Of a stretch of DNA of 64,000 nucleotides, positions 11,796 through 24,820 are shown in pieces. This DNA comes from Lytechinus pictus. Lineage: Eukaryota. The stretch is from the NCBI RefSeq assembly GCF_037042905.1, contig NC_087245.1, positions 33,606,001 to 33,670,000 on the forward strand, given 5' to 3'. Both the position numbers and the translations under genes were made by a program. Under the pieces are notes generated by a model. That model ran no database searches. It was not told where the DNA came from and saw only the letters and a program-made list of their open reading frames with translations. Numbering within the stretch: the first letter of the stretch is position 1; the number at the start of each line of letters is the position of its first letter.

Positions 11796-12894
11796 GCATG
11801 ATATTTTATACATGTATTGATTCGATTTACTACATATACAGTCAAATACTAAAGGGAGACGGGACAGATTGTTTTCACATTCATACATGTTGTCCTACTG
11901 AAAATTAATCTTTATTGAAAATCAGTTGCTATATAGTTATGGCAGATTAAGTTATTCATGATATCGAAAGGGAAGCGTGCTGTCCGGAGGCCCGTAAGCA
12001 TGGAAGTCGTCAGTGGAGTAATATTTGGATACTTATACATTTTATAAAATAGAATGTTAATATTAGTTTTGCGGTGATCTCATATTATAGTCTAATGAAA
12101 TATGAATGAATGGAGGAGTTCTGTAAATTGTTCCTTCATGTAACTAATGTTGGGGTACGGATGCTGCAAATTCGCAACATCGTATATTGATTACAATTGA
12201 TTGACTTTTTATGTCCATCCAAGCTGATGGATAATAATGCAGCGTTGACAGCTTGTTTGTATATCGTGTACTGGATCCTGTTTCATAGAGTCTTTTTTAT
12301 TTACAACAAATACATCATTTCTATTACATGCTTAATATAAGCCAATCAAAATGTTCTCAGTAGTATTAAACTGTTATGGTAACAAGATTTATGAAACGAT
12401 AACCTGATAATCAAGATGACCAAGATGCAAAGTGATTTCAATCTGGTCTTTTGAATGTGGAGGCCTATCGATATGTATCAATAAATAGATAGATAAATAA
12501 CTGAACACATAAAAAGATTTAGTTTGGCCTATTTCATCAAATTGGATGAAAACTTAATAAACAAAACAGCTGTAATGCAAATGAGAGCCGATAGTGTCAC
12601 TACTCACTATTTCTTTTGTATTTAATTATAATTAGGCCTAGATATAGGACAATGCACAAATGTAAAGATTTTGATCAGGAGCTGCGAAACTGCCTTGAAA
12701 GTGTGTTAGGTTGTCTGTGTGTGTATTCAGTAAATGCAATGAGCCAAGCATTTTGAAGGATACAGAACATATGTCATTTCAGGTTAAAAAAAGTTTCTTG
12801 AGAGCGAGCGAAGTGAGTGAGCAATCAATTGGCCATTTTAAAATATAAAAAATATCAGTTTGTGACAGATTCTGACAGAGAATGCCCGAATAAT

Positions 12895-13480
12895 TTTGAA
12901 TAAGGACTATCTTACTCCCAAACATGGATTGTTGTCTACACTCAAATGGCAAACAATGGAGGAACGTATTAAGTATCAATTTTGTGTTCTTGTTTTCAAA
13001 ATACAAAACGATTTAGCCCCAGCCAATTTGGAACCACTTATCTGCAAACGTAATGTAACTTATAAAACACGATATTCTGAACCATGTCCCCTTCAAATAC
13101 CCTGCCCTAGGACAGATTATAAAAGAAAATCTTTTGAATATGTTGCTGCCGTCGTATTTAATATCTCCCTTGCAAAAATGCACGTCCCTCCATGCATTCG
13201 AAAAACACTGTCATTAAAATTACATGTAATTACACTGAATAACTTGATGTAAATGTGATGATTCCATGAATAATTGTTGATTTCACTCTATATGTATATG
13301 ATGTGTTCTGTTTTTACTTTATTATATGTTGCATACATTGAATTGCTATGATGTTGAGTTATTTGTTAAACTACAGGGCGCCTTTGGAAAGCAGTTTTGC
13401 ATAACTGAACAGGCCTACCCTGCAGTATAAAATAAATAAAACCAATAAATAAATAAATACATAGATAAATGAATAAACAA
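12895..13480 (+). mobile_element. 3' fragment of an L2/CR1-group LINE
   Basis: ORF2 C-terminal-like LLSTLKWQTMEERIKYQFCVLVFK...PRTDYKRKSF, a 3' stem-loop cagggc...gcctaccctg, and an (aaat)n tail. Confidence 0.8.
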
Positions 13481-13525
13481 ATAAATTGCAAGAGAATTGC
13501 AAATTTCACTGATTTTTCTTTTCGT

Positions 13526-15030
13526 TTTTGTCTCACCTGCAAAGCTGAGTGAGGCGCCGCTTTTCCGACGGCGGCGGCGGCGTCAACATCAAATCTTAAC
13601 CGAAGGTTTAGTTTTTGAAATGACAGCATAACTTAGAAAGTATAAATACCTAGTTCATGAAACCTGGACATAAGGTTTATCAAGTGCTACTAAATATCCT
13701 GCCTGAGTTTCAAGTCACATGGTTAAGGTCAAAGGTCATTTAGGGTCAATGAACTTAGACCATGTTGGGGGAATCAACATCAAAATCTTAACCTAATGTT
13801 AAGTTTTTGAAATTTCATCATAACTTCGAAAGTATATGAACGTAGTTCATGAAACTTGGTCATAAGAGTAGACAAGTATTACCTATTACATTGCCTGAGT
13901 TTCAAATCATACGAACAAGGTCAAAGGTCACTTAGGTTCAATGAACTTTGACCAAGTTGAGGGTATTTGTTGAATTACCATCATAATTTTGAAAGTTCAT
14001 GGATCTGATTCATATAACTTGGACATGAGAGTAATCAAGTATCACTGAACATCCTGTGCGAGTTTCAGGACACGTGATCAAGGTCAAAGGTCATTTAAGG
14101 TCAATGAACTTTGGCCAAGTTGGGGGTATTTGTTGAATTACCATCATAACTTCGAAAGTGTATTCTAGTTCATAAAACTTGGACATGAGAGTAATCAAGT
14201 ATCACTGAATATCCTGTGTGAGTTTCAGGTCACATGACCAAGGTCAAAGGTCATTGAAGGTCAATGAACTTTGGCCATGTGGGGTTATTTGTTGAATACT
14301 CTTCATAACTCTGAAATTGTATAGATCTAGTTCATACAACTTGGACATATTAATCAAGTATCACTGAACACCTCGTGCGAGTTTCAGGGCACATGATCAA
14401 AGTCAAACGTCATTTAAGGTCAATGAACTTTGGCCAAGTTGGGGGTATTTGTTGAATTACCATCATAACTTCGAAAGTGTATTCTAGTTCATAAAACTTG
14501 GACATGAGAGTAATCAAGTATCACTGAACATCCTATGCGAGTTTCAGGTCACATGACTAAGGTCAAAGGTCACTTAAGGTCAATGATCTTTGGCCATGTG
14601 GGGGTATTTGTTGAATACTCATCATAACTCTGAAAGTGTATGGATCTAGTTCATGCAACTTGGACATAAGAGTAATCAAGTATCACTAAACATATAGTGC
14701 GAGTTTCAGGTCACATGACCAAAGTCAAAGGTCATTTAAGGTCAATGAACTTTGGCCATGTTTGAGGTAACTATTAAATTGCTGTCATAACTTTCAAAGT
14801 TTATGTATATAGTTTATGAAATGTGATGGGGGTATATAATAAAGTATCACTGACAAGTCTTAGGTCACATGATCAAGGTTAAATATTTAGGGTCAATGAA
14901 CGTAGTATCATTGTATCATTATATGAATGGTTTTTGTGAAAAATTATTTTATAGTAGTTTTCAAAGTCAGCACTGCTGCTATATTCAATCGCGTAATGCA
15001 GGTGAGACTGCCAGAGGCGCTCCCCTTGTT
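13526..15030 (+). mobile_element. Helentron-associated (HINE/DINE-1-like) element, copy A, with about 8 internal 160-bp repeats
   Basis: subTIRs gtctcacctgca (13530) / tgcaggtgagac (14997), a (cgg)n microsatellite, a short 3' hairpin gccagaggc, and T-rich flanks. Confidence 0.75.
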
Positions 15031-15170
15031 TCTTGGTTTTGTCACTTCTTTGTAAAAAGACGAGTCAACATTGCATGCGGCTATAGCATGCAGTGATGGG
15101 TTCAGTGAAGAACTCGGAGAAAAAAAAAACGGGAGTGAGATGATCCCGAGATGCTTTGCCAGTAAAGCAG

Positions 15171-15369
15171 TAGTCCAGATGCTTGTTGGCCCTTCGAGAC
15201 TTTTTTATCCCTGCGCTCCATTAACTGCACGCTTTGCCTCCACACTGCCATTTGAGGGTCGCGCTATCAGTGGGTAATTAAGTGCAATGTGGAGGAAAAG
15301 AGCGTGCAATGGATGGCGCGCAGTGAGAGTGCAGGATTAAAAAATCTCGAAGGGCCAGCATCTGGACTA
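15171..15369. mobile_element. Palindromic MITE
   Basis: tagtccagatgct..tggcccttcgaga / tctcgaagggccagcatctggacta, with further internal inverted similarity. Confidence 0.7.
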
Positions 15370-15635
15370 GCATAGCAGGCGCCGAACCATCTTGAACATT
15401 GAACTGAACTTTTATATTGTTAGACTATCGATATCAAGAAACTGGATACAACAAACAACCCTTTTGAAAGGTCAAGCGCTCGCACAAAATTCCGCACCTT
15501 TTCTCTTGCGCGTGCTTGTGTGTGTGTTATACCATAAGCTATGCCACATCGTTCAGAGTGAGCCTTTCGTGCAACTTGTGGGTAACTATTTCTGCTACCC
15601 ACAGGTTGCCCGCCAATTTCTCGCATGTATCTTTC

Positions 15636-16211
15636 ATGCGGCGGCGGCAGCGTCGGCACCATTGAAATCTTGCCTGAGTTTCAGTCCACTTGACCGAGGT
15701 CAAAGATCATGTAGGGTCAGTGATCTTAGACCATGTTGAGGGAATCAACATCAAAACCTTAATCAAGGTTCAGTTTTTGAAATGTCTTCATAACTTTGAA
15801 AATTTATGGATCTAGTTCATGAAACCTGGACAAAATGGTAATGGTGTATCACTGAACATCCTGCCGTAGTTTTAAGTCACATGACCGACGTCAAATGTCA
15901 TTTAGGATCAACAAACTTTGGCCATGGGGGGGGGGGGGTTGGGGGTAATGTTGATTAACCATCATAACGTTGAAAGTGGATGGATCTAGTTCATAAGTTT
16001 TGACATAATCGGGTATCATTAAAAATCTTGCATGAGTTTCAGGTCACATGTTCAAGGTCGAAGGCCATTAAGGGTCAATAAACATATTATATTTTATCAT
16101 ATGAATGGTGTTTTTGTGAATTACTATTCAATAGACCTGTTGTTAAAGTCAGCACTGCTGTTATATTGAATCGCGTAATGCAGGCGAGACTGCCAGAGGC
16201 GTTCCGCTTTG
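15636..16211 (+). mobile_element. HINE-like element copy B (5' end missing)
   Basis: (gcg)n, 160-bp-type repeats, and the 3' end taatgcaggcgagactgccagaggc. Confidence 0.7.
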
Positions 16212-16270
16212 TTTTTAAATAAATAGGGGGATAAGGGGGAAAAATCATATTCTACCTTTTTAAAATCATT

Positions 16271-17067
16271 TTTGTCTCGCCTGCATTATAGCAGAGCGAG
16301 ACTATAGGCGCCGCTTTTCCGACGGCGGCGGCGTCAACAATAAATCTTAACCTAAGGTTAAGTTTTTGAAATGACATCATAACTTAGAAAGAATATGGAC
16401 CTAGTTCATGAAACCTAGACATAAGATTAATCAAGTATTACTAAACATCCTGCCTGAGTTTCAGGTCACATGATTAAAGTCAAAGGTCATTTAGGGTCAA
16501 TGAACTTAGACCATGTTGGGAGAATTATTTTCAAAATCTTAACCGAAGGTTAAGTTTTTGAAATGACATCATAACTTAGAAAGTATATGGACCTAGTTCA
16601 TGAAACTTAGGCATAAGGTTGATCAGGTATTAGTGAACATCCTGCTTGAGTTTCAGGTCACATGACTATGGTCAAAGGTCATTCAAGGCCAATGAACTTT
16701 GGCCGTGTTGGGGGTATTTGTTAAATTACCATCCTAACTCTAAAAGTTTATGGATCTAGTTCATAAAACTTGGGATATAAGAGTAATCAAGTATCACTGA
16801 ACATCCCCTGTGAGTTTCAGGTCACAAAACCAAGGTCAAAGGTAACTTTGAAAGTTTATGGATAGAGTGAATGAAATGTGGACATGGGTGTAGTTGACAA
16901 GTCTTTAGTCACCGTTCAAATGTCATTTATGTTCAAAGATCGTGATATCATGTCATTATATGAACGGTGTTTTTGCGAATGATTATTTTATTGTAGTTTT
17001 CAAAGTTAGCACTGCTGCTATATTAAATCGCGTAATGCAGGCGAGACTGCCAGAGGCGTTCCACTTG
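16271..17067 (+). mobile_element. HINE-like element copy C (complete)
   Basis: 5' hairpin gtctcgcctgc-attata-gcagagcgagac, (cgg)n, internal repeats, 3' subTIR taatgcaggcgagac, and T-run flanks. Confidence 0.8.
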
Positions 17068-18604
17068 TTTTTTATTTTACTAGGGGAAAAACTATTTCCA
17101 TGGCAACGGTTCAATTCTAACTATGGTGATGACTTTAAATATATCTGTATTATCATTCATTGAATTTGAAGTTTAAAACTGTAAGACTGGGGCATTGTTG
17201 TCATGTTTATTTACCACAATAAGGGAATGTATGTTATTTGTTTGAGAAATTATTCCTTTGCCATTGCAACGACCAAAGACGTCATTTATATATTTGGTAA
17301 CGAGCATATTCGCGCTCAGCACCCTCAAAATAGCGGAAATGAAAAAAAAAAATCAGACTCTATAGAATTATTAAAGAACTTTAAAAAAAAAATGACTAGG
17401 AGCTGTTCTTGTGACCGGTCAGGTACAGTTGCCTGGTTTGGTAATGGCGGACGGTCTCTGGGGTCGGCTCGCGATTTGCCTTGAGTCAGCGCTCTAGCTT
17501 TAATTTATCCACCTCTATGGTTCAACCCTTCCAGTTCGCGCGTTTCTGGATAATTATAAAAGATGACAATAACATACATAATGCAGATAGATTGGCGCGA
17601 TAGAAAAAACAACATCACAAACATAAATCCAGTAAAGTACTTCCGAATGAGAATAACATTATTGGAGAACATGAAACATGAACAAAAATACAGTATAAAA
17701 ACACATACAGACTATCAATAAGGCAGGGGAAGTTTTTTTTAAGAGGAATAAAAGAACACTTACAATGAAATGAAACTTCAGAAGAAAATTAAAAAAAACA
17801 AAGGTGTTATACCAAAATGAGCAAATGGGGATAATCAGCCGAGATTTGTTAAATGAAGAATTATTTCCTCACTGGTTACAGCTGACATGAGAATGGAAAA
17901 GAGGGATCATATCATGGGGAATATGACAAAAGTGCCTATTGAAATTATTAATATGAATTGTAATACATCAAACACCACAATATAAACTTCCAAAAAATAG
18001 AAATTAGTTCGATGATGCATTTGAAAAGGAAAAGATGACAGGAACGAAAGATTTTGAATAATCTTCAAAGTCATATTCAGTGAAGATGCAAAATTAGAAT
18101 TTTGGACAAAATTTAATTTAGCTTTATACGTTGTGTGTATACGATTTTCATTCCCCTCTAAGATCGTGTTGAGAAATGGGAAATATTACTATAACGGCAT
18201 TGATGTGATCAATATCACCAGCAACTCATTTTAAATTTAATTAAAGTATTGGTAGACATGTATTGGTACAAATTACCCCTCGCCCGTTCCACTAAGAGGC
18301 CAGAATATGACCCCCCCCCCCACCTAATTCACGCCGGTGTCTTTAAGTCACTGGAGTCATATAATAATTATCTGAAATCGACTAATTATAACCATAGTCC
18401 GCGGATGTAAGCTTTGTAATAAACCCGAACGTGGAATATGTCATGCAAATTACCCTTGTAAGATTGAGATGAAGACCAAGTTCATTGAAGTCAGATTCAG
18501 TCCATTGCAATTAAAATTTCCCTTTTTATAATTTTTTTTAAAGTAGCCAGTATTTGCGGGAGATTTTCTCTGACGTTTCGATTTCATAGGGGTTTAACCC
18601 TTCT

Positions 18605-18840
18605 TATTTTTACCTTTACCATTTTTTACCCCTGCAATTTTCACCTCAGTCATTTTTACCTCTGCCAATTTTTACCTCTGCCATTTTTACCTCTTCCATG
18701 TTAATCTCTGCCATTTGTACATATGCTATTTTCTCTTCTGCCATTGTCACCTTTTGCCAGTTTTACCTCTGCCATTATTTACCTCTTCCAATTTTTCCTT
18801 TGCCATTTCCATCTCTGCAATTTTGACCTTCCATTTTTAC
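18605..18840. repeat. Degenerate 16-17 bp minisatellite (ttttacctctgcca)n
   Basis: About 14 visible degenerate copies. Confidence 0.85.
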
Positions 18841-21544
18841 AGCGAACCGAGAAAAAGAGAGGAGGGGGGGGTGGACTTGACATTTAGCTAGTCAATTAAT
18901 TTTGGTTAATCCAATCCACAATCTCGTGATCACCTCAAGTTAACAAACTTATATCCGATATGTCTGTGAAACACTCTTTGCGATTTCTGCTGGACGTTTT
19001 TGCTTCCTAATAGGCGATCGATATCCTCTCGAAAGCGTCTCTAAGAATATCAAAGCAGGTCGGCAAGGTTAACACTACCAGTGAGATTACCATATTTAGG
19101 CAAAGACGACCGAAAATTAGAAAGAAAATCATTTTTTCTTTAATCTATCCCAAACAGATTTTTATTTGGAAAAGGTTAAACATTTTGCTCGCTTGCTTTA
19201 ATCTCTCGCAACTGTAAGGAAAGTTTGCTTCATATGTCTGATTTTCGTTATTGTATTCATCATAATATACATTTTACAATTTCCAGTCAAAGAAGATTTC
19301 AAACTGAGATTTTAATTCAAATTGTGTCCCCCATGCCTTGTTTGTACCACTTAAAATGTTTAGCTCTTTACTTGAGGTGTCTGTATATTATTTAAATCTT
19401 TCATAATGACGACTTCTCTCACTTGCCTATAGATGAGGGGGGGGGGGGGTGGTTTGGGGCCATGCTTCCCAAAAAAGTTCCATGATCATGAACAGAAAAA
19501 TCACAAATGTAGCATTTCATTTTAAAATAAAAAGATGACAATTTTAAGTTTTATTAACTTTCATGAAAAACATATATATTTACATCCCTGTCGGTATACA
19601 AAAGTGGGAATAGATTATATTTTTATCATATGAATGAAACACGCCAGTTGTATCCTCAACAAATGCCATTGTTGTAATATTGTGATTTTATGAATTGTAA
19701 AATCTGCAAAAAAATAAAAAATGCATAATTCGTACAATAAGATACGAGCGAAAAGATGAGGTAGTAACTTTATCGATTTTATTATTTGTATATCACTGGG
19801 TTGTGCATAATAATTGTTTTGTAAAATTTCTTTTAAATAAGTTTGTTTGATTTTTCTCTTTTTATTCAACTTATTTTCGGGTCGACTTTACATTTAGGTA
19901 GCCAATTAATTATGGTAAACTGAGTTAATTTACTTCACAATGGCGTCGTCACGCACATGTAGCATGTAACCTTCATTCGATATGTCTTTGAAACACTCTT
20001 GGTGATTTATGCTGGATGTTTTTGGTTCCTAAAAAGCGATCATTGTCCTCTCGAAAGCGTCTCTAAGAATATCCAAACAAGTCAACAACGTATGCCATTA
20101 CCAGTGACATTGCCCTTATCAAGGCATATCGATTCTTCGTGAGGTAGGATTCTGCCTTTAACCCATAGCATACTGGAACCTGATGATTCCTGAATAAAAC
20201 CTATGGGAATAACAAAAATCAGTAGTCAACACGTTAAAGCGGAATTCAACCCAAATAAAAACTTGTTTTTAGAGGGGAAAGAAAAATCAGACAAGTTGAT
20301 AGGTGAAAGTTTGAACAATAACGGACTAACAAAAAAAAAAGATTTCTTTACAGTTGTAAATATTGGTAATCATTATACCCATGGAGACTTCGAATCGGCA
20401 GCATAGGTGATGTCATAGTGATGTACGGCAAGGACATCTTTTCCATGTAGTCCAATACATAAAATGGCTAAAATTTCAAGTTTTACTTCAACTTATATTT
20501 TCTTTCATGAGGACATAAAACAATATACTTCCTGGGTTTTATTCAGAATACTGCCCCAGGGAATGGGTACTTATGAAAAAACGACAAATCCCTGAAAATA
20601 AATAGCCTGTGGGAAAATTTTCCTTGCCCCTCGTCATAATTTACTCTGTTGCCAATTTGAAATCTACATAGTCTTAGGGATCTTGATATTGAACAAGCCA
20701 GAACTTTCTAGTTGCTTGTCCGATTTCCTTCAAACTTTCTCCATTATATTTCATTTATTTCAAAGGCGCGATTCCCCTTGAATCTATTTGTGCTCTTATA
20801 TTCAATCTATCACAAACTGAGATTTTCTTTTGCTCGCTTGTCTGGAACGTCCACACCCTCCTATGACGACCTGTCTCTGCCACTGTTTTCCAGTACAAAG
20901 AACCCCTGGCAGCGTAATGTAATGAATGTTTCTTCCCCATAGTATTAGGAGTTTCCCCGTCCAATTTATCGTAATTTCATCTGATTTAACTATGTAATCA
21001 TCCAACTTATAAATAATTTGAATGATTTTTGTATATATATATTTCTTTATTTCAACACGGCAAGACCTATTCAGCAAAAGCTGTTTTTTTTATTGGTCCG
21101 TGCATAAAAATCACAAACATTGAAACATAAGGTCACATATTATAACAGATAAACATCCATGAAAATAATTATGATATCAACATTTTAGAAAGCCAGATAC
21201 TGTAGTACATTGAATTTAATCGTGTAAAAGAGCGATAGATTAACTGTTTTAAATTTCGCACCGGCACCCTGTTGCACCCACAAATGTAATAACGCCCACA
21301 AATGTAATAACACTTAACCCACAAATATAATAACGCCCACAAATGTAATAACACTTTACCCACAAATGTAATAATTTCACCCACAAATGTAATAATGCAC
21401 TTTACCCACAAATGTAATAATTTTTGATCGCCCACAAATGTAATAATGACTTTACCCACAAATGTAATAAATTTGAAGGGATTTTTTGGCGAATCCGTTC
21501 TAAACTAAAATCCTATAGTAATGCGTTCATATAGCACAAATGTG

Positions 21545-22700
21545 CAAAGTCTTTTTTCCAGACCCAGTGAATAAAACATTATAGTACAAGTCCAAAGTCT
21601 TTTTCCAGACCCGGTTGTTTCAAAATTATAATATACGTCCAAAGTCTTTTTTCCAGACCCAGTTAATTCAAAAATTATAATGCAAGTCCAAAGTCTTTTT
21701 TCCAGACCCAGTTGATTAAAAAATTATAATATACGTCCAAAGTCTTTTTTCCAGACCTGGTTAATTCAAAATTATAATGCAAGTCCAAAGTCTTTTTTTC
21801 AGACCCGGTTGTTTCAAAAATTATAATATAAGTCCAAAGTCTTTTTCCAGACCCGGTTATTTCAAAAATTATAATTTAAGTCCAAACTAAGATACGATAA
21901 TGATATTCCAGTGGAAAAAAGAGAATTGAGCTTAGTCTTTTCTCCAGACCCAGTTAATTAAAACTGGCGGAATTAATGTCTTTGTTGATGTTTGAACTTA
22001 TACAGCGTATATTGTGAATATATGTGTTAAGAGTAAACTGAGAATCAAGGGTAGTCTTTTCTCCAGACCCGGTTACTTAAAACTAAAATCTAAACCCTAT
22101 ACAATGCGTCCATATAGCACAATAGTGCAAAGTCTTTTTTCCAGACCCGGATAATTAAACAACTACAATATAAGTCCAAAGTATTTTTTCCAGACCCAGT
22201 TGTTTAAAAAATCATAAGATGTGTCCAGTCTTTTTTCAGACCCGGTTGTTTAAAAAATTATAATATAAGTCCAAAGTCTTTTTTCCAGACCCGGTTGTTT
22301 AAAAAATTATAATATAAGTCCAAAGTCTTTTTCCAGACGCGATTATTTCAAAAATTATAATGCAAGTCCAAAATAAGATAAGATAATGATATTCCAGTGG
22401 AAAAAAAGAGGATTGAGCTTAGTCTTTTCTCCAAACCCAATTGATTAAAACTAGCGGAATTAATGTCTTTGTTGTTGTTTCAACTTATACGGCGTATATT
22501 GTGAATATATGCGCTCAGAGTAAATTGAGAATCAAGCGTAGTCTTTTCTCCAGACCCGGTTACTTAAAACTAAAAACTAAACCCTATAGCAATGCGTTCA
22601 TATAGCACAAAAGTGCAAAGTATTTTTTCCAGACCCGGATAATTAAAAAAATTACAATTTAAGTCCAAAGTCTTTCCTCCAGACCCGGCTATTAAAAAAT
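21545..22700 (+). repeat. 42-bp satellite in the left arm of foldback element 1
   Basis: Unit ccagacccggttgtttaaaaaattataatataagtccaaagtcttttt, with an internal block duplication of about 480 bp. Confidence 0.9.
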
Positions 22701-23534
22701 GAATAAAAAAACTTAAAATCTAAGACCAATTTTCAAAAGTTTCACCCAGTAAAAAAATATGTCTTTACCCCACACCCAGTTTTTTTTTTTTATAATACTA
22801 CGACCCCTATAAAACATTGTAATAATGCATGGGTAAAGCAAACATCCTTTCTCCAGACTTGGTTATTATTTGAAAAAAATAAAACAGTTTTTACAAATAT
22901 TCTAAAACGAATACCTAATAATCTAATTACTGTGGAATAACATAAAGACCGACTGTCAAAGATCGACTTTCCTTCAGACACAATTATTTCAAGAATAAAA
23001 AATCAATAAAACTCAACCCCCCAAAAACGAATCTTAGAACCAACAATCCTCCAAATTAAGACCATGCATGTAGAAAAGCACATGTTTAGAGCGTTGTGTT
23101 TATTCCAGACCCAGTAATTAAAAAATGATTTAAGCAATCTTAAAAACAAAAGACTTTGTCATATTCTTATGCTTGTGGAATAACACGAGTATTATGCTTA
23201 GTCTTTCGTCCAGACCCAGTTATTTAAAAGATAACCAAATATTGAAAAAAAATCACAGCTAAGACCAATCTTCAAAATTAAACCCACTTAAAATGCTTGG
23301 GCTTAAAGTGTTGTCTTTGCCCCTCACCCAATTCTCTTTAAAATACAAATTAAACGAAACATTAATCTTAAAACTTAGACCCCAGCATCTTCGAAACTTG
23401 TGATAACGCATACTTAATTTGACCAGACCAGTTTATTAAAAAAAAAACAGAACAAATTTTTTTTAACCCTCTTCCAGCCTAACATTCTGTAATAAAGAAA
23501 TTTATAATAAAAAACAACATCAAAACTTAGAGCC

Positions 23535-23667
23535 CGGGGAGCATTTTATGAAAGTTGTCTGACGTTTTATCCGACACTGGTAGCACTGCTTCTTAGCCAA
23601 TCAACATCAAGAACAGTTGTCAGATCTGACAACTTGTCGGACATAAATGTTGATGAAATACTCCCCC
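23535..23667. mobile_element. Short MITE (a related inverted copy lies at about 1975-2132)
   Basis: TIRs ggggagcattttat / atgaaatactcccc. It shares cttcttagccaatc and tgtcggataaaa with the copy at 2 kb. Confidence 0.6.
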
Positions 23668-24435
23668 AATCATCTTATTCATGTTGAACAGGCACACGAA
23701 TATGATTGAGTCTTAGTTATGAGGATTTAATTTATCTTATTTTTGAAATGACAAGGTCTGGAATAAAGAAAACTCTCTAAATTTTTATTCATTGAAGGTT
23801 CTTAGTTTGAAGGATAGTTGGGCCTTAGATTCTGTTATTCTTTTTTTAATGATTTTGGTTATTTTGAAATAATTGGGTCTAGAGGAAAGACTACACCATA
23901 TTTCCATGTTATTCAATGTTGATAAGATTGCAGGGTCTTTGTTTTGTTGTTGTTGTGTTTTAAATGACTTTTATAACTGGGTCTGGAGGAAAGACTACGC
24001 TATATTTCCATGTTTTCAACACAAAGAGGATCGTGGGTCTTCGTTTGCTTTTTTTATTATTACTTATTTATTATTCATAATTTCTTATTTGAAAGATCTG
24101 GGTCTGGAGGAAAGACTACGCTATATTTCCATGTTATTCAACATAAACAGGATCGTGGGTCTTTGTTTGCTTTTTTATTATTACTAATTTATTATCATTA
24201 TTATTCATTTATTTTAAAGATCTGGGTCTGGAGGAAAGGCTATGCTATATTTCCATGTTATTTAACATTTACAAGAGAGTTGGGGTCTTTGTTACTTTTC
24301 CACCAGTTTTAATTGACTGGGTCTGGAGAAAAGACTAAGCTCGATTCTCATTTTATTCAACTAGAATATCATTATCTTAGTTTGGACTTATAATAATTTT
24401 GAAACTACCGGGTCTGGAAAAAAGACTTAAGATGT

Positions 24436-24590
24436 TGTAAGGTATGTGATTGTCATGGTTACCGACATAGCACCAACAGGTGTCCGCATGATTGAATTTA
24501 CTGTGTAGCGTTAGCGAAGTCGCATTGCGCATTAAACACACTTGAACTGGCAGAGCTTGTGTCATGACGTGTTCTTCTGAGTATGTTACA
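24436..24590 (+). repeat. 5' LTR
   Basis: TGTAA...TTACA, identical to the 3' LTR except for one base. Confidence 0.97.
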
Positions 24591-24593
24591 AAT

Positions 24594-24607
24594 TGGCGAC
24601 GAGGATG
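24594..24607 (+). promoter_or_regulatory. Primer-binding site, tRNA-Ser(GCU) type
   Basis: TGGCGACGAGGATG, 3 nt after the LTR, complementary to the ...CATCCTCGTCG-CCA 3' end typical of metazoan tRNA-Ser(GCU). Confidence 0.8.
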
Positions 24608-24820
24608 CTCAGAAAAGAGTCTACGAAAGCCTTAAAGTCTTAATTTTGCTGGTCAAGGGACTGCTAATCTGTGAGACGAAAGTTTGATCCTAATTTTGAG
24701 GTCATAAAGTGACATTTTCTGGTTAAAGTTACCGTCGTACAGTTGATGGAACTAGGAAGGAAGTCTTCGTGTATTCGCACATGGTATTCGCACGTGTATT
24801 CAGTCAATGCGTGATACAAC

